This document shows, piece after piece, positions 16,670-24,466 of a stretch of DNA of 24,717 nucleotides (the first letter of the stretch is position 1; every line of letters begins with the position of its first letter). The translations under genes and the position numbers were made by a program. This stretch comes from a virus (taxonomy: Duplodnaviria; Caudoviricetes): positions 1 to 24,717 of IMG/VR virus record IMGVR_UViG_3300033405_000945. One strand, written 5' to 3'. A model generated the notes under the pieces. The model searched no databases. It worked only from the letters and a program-made list of their open reading frames with translations, and was not told the DNA's origin.

Positions 16670-17952
16670 TTGCCGGACTTACAATTCTGCCGTTTCGGGC
16701 GAACTGGAAGGACGGAGTCCAGTTGCGGTCCTCGTTTGCGACGAACATTTTCCAGTCGACGGCCGGATCACAGACGCGATTCTCGCAGCGGGATTACGGC
16801 CGGCGACAGATCCGGTTTCGGTTGTTGCCCTACCATGATTTTCGGCGGCAATGGGATGCGTTCCGCGAAGTGAATCCGCCGGGGACGCTGCTCGGTGTTC
16901 CGCTGTGGAGCGAGCAAGGGATCGTGTTGACGGCAGCCGCGGCGAGCGGGGCGACGACGCTGACGGTGAACAATGCGGCGGACATCGACTGGCGCGGGTT
17001 GGGGGTTTTGATATCGGCGACGCCAACAACGGCAAGCGGGACGCTCGCCCTACAAGTTGAAGGGTTCAACATCCAGAGCATTTCGGGCAACACGATCACG
17101 CTGGCGGCTGGATTGACCAACGCGTTCAATGCCGGTGATGAAGTGTTGCCGCTGATGTTGGGGCATCAGCTCGCGGATTACGCCGACGACTTTATCACGC
17201 CCGAGATCAGCGACGTGGAACTGACGTTCGATGAGAACCTGAACGACCTCGGTAGCGTGAGCTTCGCAACGCCACCGACATATCCGACGTACCTCGGGCT
17301 GCCCGTGCTGCCGCTGATCGCCGAATGGAGCACGACGCCGAAAGGCAAGATCACACAGAACGCGCACTATCTCGTGCAAGGGCTCAACGCCGAATCGATC
17401 GGGATTGTCCAGGCATACGTGCGGCAGGGGATCGCGCAGCGCGTGGGCATGGCGTGCCGGGCGGACCGGGCATTGCTCTGGCAATTCTTTCACGATCGGG
17501 AGGGACGCTGGGATCGGTTCTGGTTGCCGGCGCTGAAGGATGAACTGAAACTGGCGGCGAACGTTTCTGCCAGCGACACGACGCTGGAACTGGAAAACTA
17601 CGCGCTGTTTGCCGAGCGGTACGGGCTCGGCGCGGACCTGCGGATGGCCATCTTCCTCACGGACGGCTTCAACTGGTGGACGCGCCAGGTCATCAATCTC
17701 TCCGGCGGCACGAACCGGGTGACGATCGACGCGGCGCTCGGCACGGCGCTCAATATGAATGCCTGCCAGATCGGGATGCTGACGTTCGTGCAGTTCGCCG
17801 CGGATGATTTGGTGGTGGACCTGCAGGCGCCCGTGGTCGGCACGGCCACGCTGGCCTTCACGGAACTCGAAAAGGAATACGCCGAAGTGATCGCGGCCGG
17901 CAGTGGCGACGCCAGCGGCACGCGCGTTGGACAGGAATTGGTGGCGGGATGA
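16666..17952 (+). CDS. Distal tail / tail-tip protein
   Basis: PFRANW N-terminus and LWQFFHDREGRWDRFWLP motif; ATGA-coupled to the TMP. Confidence 0.7.
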   Translation: MIAGLTILPFRANWKDGVQLRSSFATNIFQSTAGSQTRFSQRDYGRRQIRFRLLPYHDFRRQWDAFREVNPPGTLLGVPLWSEQGIVLTAAAASGATTLTVNNAADIDWRGLGVLISATPTTASGTLALQVEGFNIQSISGNTITLAAGLTNAFNAGDEVLPLMLGHQLADYADDFITPEISDVELTFDENLNDLGSVSFATPPTYPTYLGLPVLPLIAEWSTTPKGKITQNAHYLVQGLNAESIGIVQAYVRQGIAQRVGMACRADRALLWQFFHDREGRWDRFWLPALKDELKLAANVSASDTTLELENYALFAERYGLGADLRMAIFLTDGFNWWTRQVINLSGGTNRVTIDAALGTALNMNACQIGMLTFVQFAADDLVVDLQAPVVGTATLAFTELEKEYAEVIAAGSGDASGTRVGQELVAG

Positions 17953-18035
17953 AAATGATGGACGCCCGACCCACCCCTTCCGCCTTGCTCCTTCCCCTCC
18001 TTGGAGGGGACGAAAGGGGTGGGTTGCCCACATGA
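17949..18035 (+). CDS. REP-derived coupling mini-ORF (28 aa)
   Basis: MKMMDARPTPSALLLPLLGGDERGGLPT. ATGA overlaps at both ends; spans family A element 17969-18024. Confidence 0.45.
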   Translation: MKMMDARPTPSALLLPLLGGDERGGLPT

Positions 18036-19780
18036 GAACGGTTCCCCTGGCCTGGACGGCACTGGAGACGGCGCGGCAGCAGAAGGTGGCGCTGCTGTTC
18101 CATATCTGGATCTGCCGCGATGCGTACTCGGGCGGGTTGACGGCGGGCAAGGTGACGCCGCCGGTCGGCTGGGGTTCGTGGACGTACTCGACCGGCTTCC
18201 AAGGCAACGTGACTTTCACCGACGTGGCCAACTACGCCCAGGACTGGCAGTCGGCGAATTCCGGCAACCCGATCACGCGGACGTACGCGCCCGCGGCCAT
18301 CGAGTGCGACGCGAGCCAGGTCTTTCGCAAGGAGGACACCACGCTGGACCCGCACGACATCACGCTGCAGGTCGATCCGTCGCTGGAGCCGTTCGCCGAT
18401 TACGTCAACCGGAGCTGGCCGCTGCGATTCGGGATCACGATCTACAAGGTCCACCGCAATGGCAATGCGGTCGCCACGGTCGATAACGGCAGCGGCACGC
18501 AGGTGCCCGTCGTGGACGTGCTGTTCGTCGGCTACCTGAATGCCGATGACACGCTGGAACTGAACTCGGCGGGGTTGGAATTGACGATCGATCCGTCGAC
18601 GGGTACGGGCGGGGCCAAGGCGAAGCTCACGACGCAATGGGACCACGTGTTCAAGAAACTGGACCGGCTCGTGCCGCGCCCGGTGTTTTCCATCCAGTGC
18701 CCGAAGATGGTGTACTCGACCGGGTTCGGCGCGGCGGTGGATTGCAATGCCGATATGCCGAGCAACCAGGTCACGGGCACGGTGGTCCAGATGAACGGCA
18801 TGGTCATCTCGGCGATCGAATGGGGCGCGCTGCCGAACGCGTTTTTCGCCCAGGGCATGATCGTCTACACCGCCATTGATCCCGTGAGCGGGCTGGAGTT
18901 TACGTTCACGTTCGACGTGGTGGCCAGCGCCCAACGCGGGTCGAGTCCGACGTACGGTGACCTGCAGATCATGGGCGTGATCGGGACGCCGCCGCTGGTG
19001 ACGATCGGGACGATTGTCCAGGCATACAAGGGCTGCAACCGGAACCGCAACGACGGCACGACGAACAGTTGCATGATCGGGTTTATCCCGGCGGGGTCGC
19101 AAACGGCGTCGGAAGCGTGGAGTTCCGCGGCGGCGTATGTGCCCGGGAACATCGTAAACTACGGCGGCTCCGTTTATCTCTGCCTGGTCGCGAACACGAA
19201 CGTCGCGCCAACAACGCTGGCGCCGGACTGGGAACTCACGTTCACGCCCGGGACGTTGCGCGTGTCGCTGCAGTTGTTCCAAACGCCGAGCGGCGGCAGC
19301 AACGAACAGAACCCCACGGGCTGTTACGTCTACATCACCGCGACCGAACTGTGGATTGTCTACTATCGCGACAATCCGAACCAGATCGGCAACATCACCA
19401 TCGGGGTGGCCAATGGCGGGTCGGGCACGCCGTTCGATTCCACGAGCACGCCGGCGCTGGCGTGGACGGTGAACGGCGGCACCATCGTGTCCAATCAGTT
19501 CCCGCTGGCCAACGCGTCGGCGTCGGGTCCGCCGGCCCAGGCCGGCTACAAGATCACGCTCAGCAACAGCGGCGCGACGGCGGATATCCACCAGCAACCG
19601 ACCGCATGCAATGGCTACGTGGCGATCATCCATTGCAGCGGCGGCTCGCCTGCCAATTTCGATTTCACGGTGGGCTGGGTCGATAGCGGCGGCACACCGG
19701 TGACGATCGGCAACCTGGAGAATTTCGGGGGCGCGGACATCCCGATCGAGCACCCGAGTTTGGAGACGGCAAATCAATGA
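18032..19780 (+). CDS. Baseplate hub-like protein (DUF2163/BR0599 type) with an inserted carbohydrate-binding module
   Basis: Four Cys (QCPKMVY...DC; YKGCN...SC) and terminal NLENFGG..IP. ATG 18032 taken as the start because the upstream in-frame stretch is REP-derived. Confidence 0.7.
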   Translation: MRTVPLAWTALETARQQKVALLFHIWICRDAYSGGLTAGKVTPPVGWGSWTYSTGFQGNVTFTDVANYAQDWQSANSGNPITRTYAPAAIECDASQVFRKEDTTLDPHDITLQVDPSLEPFADYVNRSWPLRFGITIYKVHRNGNAVATVDNGSGTQVPVVDVLFVGYLNADDTLELNSAGLELTIDPSTGTGGAKAKLTTQWDHVFKKLDRLVPRPVFSIQCPKMVYSTGFGAAVDCNADMPSNQVTGTVVQMNGMVISAIEWGALPNAFFAQGMIVYTAIDPVSGLEFTFTFDVVASAQRGSSPTYGDLQIMGVIGTPPLVTIGTIVQAYKGCNRNRNDGTTNSCMIGFIPAGSQTASEAWSSAAAYVPGNIVNYGGSVYLCLVANTNVAPTTLAPDWELTFTPGTLRVSLQLFQTPSGGSNEQNPTGCYVYITATELWIVYYRDNPNQIGNITIGVANGGSGTPFDSTSTPALAWTVNGGTIVSNQFPLANASASGPPAQAGYKITLSNSGATADIHQQPTACNGYVAIIHCSGGSPANFDFTVGWVDSGGTPVTIGNLENFGGADIPIEHPSLETANQ

Positions 19781-20424
19781 GGCCAGAACTTCACATTGAT
19801 ACCCACCCCTCATTCCCCTCCAGGGAGGGGACGCAAGGGGTGGGTAATCGCCTTCCATACTTCCACACGTCCGAGCGGGTGGCGGCACTCAAGGACCAGC
19901 TCGCGAAATGGCAGACGACCCGGTGGCGGCATTCGGGCACGCACCCGAACGAGATGCGGTGCGGGATCTCGGGGGATTGCCTGTTCTGGGTGGTCGCGTT
20001 CAAGGCGATCGGGGCGCTGCCGTCGCACCTGGTGATTCCCGATTACCGCAAGATGGAAGCGGCGGGGGACAAGATGGCGTTGTTGCGGCTGCGGATCATG
20101 GAGACGGGCCGGGCGGAGTTGGTCATGGAAGAACCCGCCCCTGTTTCCCCTCCTGGGAGGGGACCGAAGGGGTGGGTGCCGATGGCCGGCGACGTCCTCC
20201 TGTTCCGCAACGGGATGTCGGGCGTGCACTGCGGCCTGGTGGTCCGGCCCGCGCCGATGCATTTCTTTCACCTGAGCCAGAACGGCGCACTCGAAGAACC
20301 GTTCAATCAGTCGCACTGGCTGGCGAGCCTGGCGTTCGTGTACCGGCTGATGGACGAGGAACCCACCCCTTCCGCTTCGCTCCTTCCCCTCCAGGGAGGG
20401 GATAGAGAGGTGGGTGTCGCATGA
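19777..20424 (+). CDS. NlpC/P60-family tail peptidase with three in-frame family A elements
   Basis: WRH...GDC and HCG...FFH catalytic pattern. Repeats at 19801-19845, 20133-20177 and 20361-20415. ATGA overlaps at both ends. Confidence 0.8.
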   Translation: MRPELHIDTHPSFPSREGTQGVGNRLPYFHTSERVAALKDQLAKWQTTRWRHSGTHPNEMRCGISGDCLFWVVAFKAIGALPSHLVIPDYRKMEAAGDKMALLRLRIMETGRAELVMEEPAPVSPPGRGPKGWVPMAGDVLLFRNGMSGVHCGLVVRPAPMHFFHLSQNGALEEPFNQSHWLASLAFVYRLMDEEPTPSASLLPLQGGDREVGVA

Positions 20425-23400
20425 GCCTTTTAGCCGCACCCTCCACACCGGCCAATGCATCGCGGCGGATGGCGAACTCGTCGCGGATCGCGTCGAACAT
20501 CCTCGGCACGCCGGTCCCGGTGCTATGGGGGACGCGGGACCTCTCGGGCACGCTGGTGGCGTGGACGAACCTGTCGTACAACTCAGGCGGATCATCAGGC
20601 AAAGGCGGTGGCGTGGTGTCGGCGGGCGACCGCTACTACCGGACATTCGCGCTGTGTTTCTGCCTCGGGCCGTGCGACACGATCAACTCGATCTGGTACG
20701 ACAACCAGATGATCTGGCAGGGGCCGGTGTCGATCGCATCGGCGCTGGCGACGGCCAACGCCATCCAGGGCGCGGGCTCGGTGATGCTCACGGACAATCC
20801 GCCGACGACGTCGACGCCGGGCATCAGCCCGATCCCGGTCAACAACAATCGCGGCACGATCTGTTTCTATTTCGGCACGGACACGCAAACGCAGGACCCG
20901 TTCCTCGCGCAATTCATTCCCAACGCCCCGTTCTTTCGCGGGATGGTCTATGCGGTGTTCCACGGTCCGCGAACCGTCTCCAGCGGCAAGTACTCGCAAC
21001 AAGGCTTCCGCATCGGCAGCGCCGATACGCTCGCCCAGATCGCGATCAATGTGACCCGGATTCCGCCGGAGCCGACAGGCTCGGTGTTCTCCGTCGCCAC
21101 CACGCCGGCCCCCGCGCAAATCGTCACCTGCGCGGCGCGGATCTCCGGCGTTTGGGACCGCGGCCCCGCTGCGACTCTTACCGTAACGGCCGGCGCTGAC
21201 GATGGCCACCTCTCTGTAACGGCGTCCTCGGCCAGTGGCGATACGGCGGTCTCGCAGGCGGCCAACGGCGTGGAATTTCAGGCGCTGCCTTACTTCTACG
21301 TCACGCTGACATGGCCATCGAGCTCGCAGCCGGTGCTCCCTTCCGGGGTGACGATCGGGTTCAACCTGGCGATCAACGGGACGACCATCACCAAGATTGT
21401 GTCGAGCCCGACACTCGCGCTCGATGTGAGCATTGCCGGATGGAGCGGAAGACAGAACGTGCTGTACCAGATCACGGTCACGCCGGGCATCGATGACACC
21501 GCGGTGAACGTCGAAACGGCCGTAATCGCCGGCGTCGACACGGTCGGGGGATCGTACCCATTGAACGGCGTGGCCTTCGCGGTCGGGACGCTCGGGTTGA
21601 TGGTCACGCTCTCGTGGCAGACCGGCACGATCCCGCTCGCCGCAGGGCAATCGGCCAGTTTCGAGATCGTTGTGAGCGCCAACGCCGCCGCCGGCAACCT
21701 CGGCGCCAATCCGGGCGCGATGGTCTATGAGTTGTTGACGTCCACCGTCGCCGGGTTCGCGCTGAACCCGGCCATCATCGATGAGACGCAGTTTGGCGCG
21801 TTCGCCGGGCAGGCCAACTATGCCGGGCTGAATTACATGACGACCGAGAAAGCCGATGCGCGCGGCTTGATCCAGGACATCTTGAAGAACGTCCAGGCGG
21901 CGTTGACGATATCGAACGGGCTCATCGCGCCGCGGATGATGGGCTATCTGCCGGGGACCTTGACGACGATCGCGCAGACCCTGGACGCCGACGACGTGAT
22001 CGGTTACAAGATCCGTCCGGGCGCGTGGTACGAACTCCCGCAACACCTGTCGGTCAAGTACCGCGATTCGGGCCGGCTGTTTCGCGACACGGTCTGTTCG
22101 CTGCCCGGCGCCGGCAGCGTGGGCAACGATGAGAAGGCCATCGAGATCGATCTGCCGATGGTGACGGACCTGCTCACGGCTCGCGTGATCGGGTTGCGGA
22201 TGATGGCGCTGGAGCAGTTGCCGAAGAAGCCAGATACGCTCATTTGCGGACGCGGGGCGTTCCCGATCCAGTTCGGCGACATCATCGCCCTCAACAATCC
22301 GCGGATCGGCACGTTGCCGGCCTCATTTAATTATCAGCCCGGCAGTCCGCTCGTGGTGCTGGCCGTGCGCGAACACGGTCCCGGTGACGAAACGATCGAG
22401 CTGGATGTCGCGCCCGACGTGTTCGGGTATCTGCCGGTGAATTCCACGGCCACCGGCGGCGGAGGCGGCGGTATCCCGGCCGGGCCGGCGGAGCCGTATT
22501 ACGCGATCTCGGTCCAGGGCGCATTCGAGTTCCCGTACGACTGGGACCCGTCCGTCAGCCGGTTGTTCTGCCTGTTCGCGGCCAGAACCGATCCCGATGC
22601 GCAAGGGTTCACGCTCTGGGCCTCGGATGAAAATCCGCCCGTGGATTACTCCGAACGCGATACCGACGCGCTGTTCTGCGCGGGTGGCACGATCCAGGGG
22701 TTCAATGCGCCGCGGTTCACGATGGACCGCACCGCGACGATTCAATTCACCGCGGCGAGCCAGGACATCGATGCCTGGCAGAGCGTGTCCGACACCGGCT
22801 GGTTCGGTTATCAATTTCTCGTGCTGCTGGGCGGCAGTGGGCTGGCGCTGCTCTACGCCGCAAAGAACCTCAATTACCTCGGTGACAACCAGTGGGAGAT
22901 CGAGGGACTGTGGGGACCGCTCAGCGACACGATCGGCGGGACGGTGGGAACCGACGTCTGGGTGTTCGCCCTGCAGCCGCCCTACGACGTGCCGGCGCAG
23001 CCCAGCGAGGTCATCGGCGTCACGATCAGTTTCAAGGGCATACCGTTTGGCAGCCGATTGAGCCCGACGCTGTCCGCGGCGACGGCGGCGCCGGTGACCG
23101 TCGCCGGCCGCTCGGCTTGTCCGCGCGCACCGGTCAATCCCAACGCGAACGGCCGCGGCGCGAACATGTTCCCCTCCTACGGAGGGGCAGGGGTGGGTAA
23201 TGACATCGCACTCGCGTGGGACCTGTGCAATCGCGGGTTCGGTTTTGGACAGGAGACGAACCCGTGCGAGTTCGATCCGGGCATCCAGAGTGAGGTTGCG
23301 CAATGCCAGGTGGACGTCGTGGTCGGGGGCACGGTGGTCAAGACGTACACCGTCAGCACGCGCGAGTTTGGCGGCACGGGCATCACATCAGGCACCATCA

Positions 23401-23732
23401 CGGCGCAGACGTTTCCCATATCGAGCACCGCGACCCTGCAGCCCGGCGACCGCATCAGTGTCGTGCGCGCCGCCGATCCCGCCGGCACGGAGTGGTTCGG
23501 ACGCGTCGCCACGATCAGCGGCAACCAGGTCACGCTCGTCAGCCCGTTGTGCGTCATCCCGAGCGCCGGCGATACCTTCAACCGCTACGAGTCCTGCGGG
23601 TTCGTTTACACCGCCGCGCAGAACCTGGCTGACAACGGCTCGCTCCCGTCCGCGATCACGTTCAACATCTACGGCTACCTGAACGGCCTGCGTTCCCTGC
23701 AGCCGGCAACCATTACGGTGACAAAAACATGA
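20421..23732 (+). CDS. Large tail-tip / host-specificity protein (J-like, GTA megatron-like)
   Basis: GTPVPVLWGT, PFFRGMVYAVF, ANPGAMVYELLT, ELPQHLSVKYRD motifs. In-frame family A element at 23169-23198. Confidence 0.8.
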   Translation: MSLLAAPSTPANASRRMANSSRIASNILGTPVPVLWGTRDLSGTLVAWTNLSYNSGGSSGKGGGVVSAGDRYYRTFALCFCLGPCDTINSIWYDNQMIWQGPVSIASALATANAIQGAGSVMLTDNPPTTSTPGISPIPVNNNRGTICFYFGTDTQTQDPFLAQFIPNAPFFRGMVYAVFHGPRTVSSGKYSQQGFRIGSADTLAQIAINVTRIPPEPTGSVFSVATTPAPAQIVTCAARISGVWDRGPAATLTVTAGADDGHLSVTASSASGDTAVSQAANGVEFQALPYFYVTLTWPSSSQPVLPSGVTIGFNLAINGTTITKIVSSPTLALDVSIAGWSGRQNVLYQITVTPGIDDTAVNVETAVIAGVDTVGGSYPLNGVAFAVGTLGLMVTLSWQTGTIPLAAGQSASFEIVVSANAAAGNLGANPGAMVYELLTSTVAGFALNPAIIDETQFGAFAGQANYAGLNYMTTEKADARGLIQDILKNVQAALTISNGLIAPRMMGYLPGTLTTIAQTLDADDVIGYKIRPGAWYELPQHLSVKYRDSGRLFRDTVCSLPGAGSVGNDEKAIEIDLPMVTDLLTARVIGLRMMALEQLPKKPDTLICGRGAFPIQFGDIIALNNPRIGTLPASFNYQPGSPLVVLAVREHGPGDETIELDVAPDVFGYLPVNSTATGGGGGGIPAGPAEPYYAISVQGAFEFPYDWDPSVSRLFCLFAARTDPDAQGFTLWASDENPPVDYSERDTDALFCAGGTIQGFNAPRFTMDRTATIQFTAASQDIDAWQSVSDTGWFGYQFLVLLGGSGLALLYAAKNLNYLGDNQWEIEGLWGPLSDTIGGTVGTDVWVFALQPPYDVPAQPSEVIGVTISFKGIPFGSRLSPTLSAATAAPVTVAGRSACPRAPVNPNANGRGANMFPSYGGAGVGNDIALAWDLCNRGFGFGQETNPCEFDPGIQSEVAQCQVDVVVGGTVVKTYTVSTREFGGTGITSGTITAQTFPISSTATLQPGDRISVVRAADPAGTEWFGRVATISGNQVTLVSPLCVIPSAGDTFNRYESCGFVYTAAQNLADNGSLPSAITFNIYGYLNGLRSLQPATITVTKT

Positions 23733-23748
23733 ACACGAATTTCCACGC

Positions 23749-23806
23749 TGTAGCCGCGGGCTTTAGCCCGCGTTCGACGGCGCGCACCTTAAAAGGTGCG
23801 GCTACA
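23749..23806. repeat. GTAG-type REP doublet
   Basis: TGTAGCCGCGGGCTTTAGCCCGCG ... CGCACCTTAAAAGGTGCGGCTACA. Confidence 0.9.
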
Positions 23807-23826
23807 AACCGCATGAGGAGCCCGGC

Positions 23827-24048
23827 ATGAGCACACTCATCAATGGCACCGAAGCCGAGCGCCGCAACGGCGCGAGACGCGGCCACGTCGTATCCCCGGC
23901 CGCAAACGCAGTCCGAGGTGATCAATGAGCACTCTTGTAAATGGCACCGAAGCCGAGCGCCGCAACGGCGCAAGACGCGGCCACGTCGTATCCCCGGCCG
24001 CAAACGCAGTCCGAGGTGATCAATGAGTACTCTTGTAAATGGCACCGA
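23827..24048 (+). repeat. 98-bp tandem duplication: gene start plus AGCCGAG structured element plus SD
   Basis: Units begin at 23827, 23925 and 24023. The third copy continues as the intact gene. Confidence 0.95.
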
Positions 24049-24466
24049 GGACCTGGTCGGGCAAAACCTGACGCCGGCCGCGGCGTATGCGGTGGTGAAC
24101 ACCGCGCTGCAGAAGATCGCCCAGATGCAGGTGTATCCGCAGGACTGCCGATTCCCCGGCTCGGCCCACGCGAATGATATTCGCGACCCGCACGCGATCC
24201 CGTTCCAGCGCCAGCTCGTGCAGGCGGAGATCATCGTCAATGGCGATGCGCCGAGCGGCGGCTCGCTGGTGGTGCAGCTGTTGTTCGGCGGCGTGGCGCA
24301 GACACCCACGCTAAGCCTGAACGCGGGCCAAACCTACGTGTTGATCAATCTATCGAGCGACAATCTGGTCGTCGCCGCCAGCCAGGCGTGCGCGGTGGAA
24401 ATCGTCACCCCGAGCGGGGCGAGCGATGTGGTAGTGAAACTCCTCTTCCAATTGGTGATCCCATGA
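24023..24466 (+). CDS. Hypothetical tail-associated beta-rich protein (147 aa)
   Basis: SD GAGGTGATC upstream; ATGA-coupled to the next gene. Confidence 0.7.
   Translation: MSTLVNGTEDLVGQNLTPAAAYAVVNTALQKIAQMQVYPQDCRFPGSAHANDIRDPHAIPFQRQLVQAEIIVNGDAPSGGSLVVQLLFGGVAQTPTLSLNAGQTYVLINLSSDNLVVAASQACAVEIVTPSGASDVVVKLLFQLVIP

Noticed and set aside
23827-24048. CRISPR array or attachment-site repeat
   Set aside because: Whole 98-bp units are duplicated and include a gene start; there are no unique spacers and no integrase.
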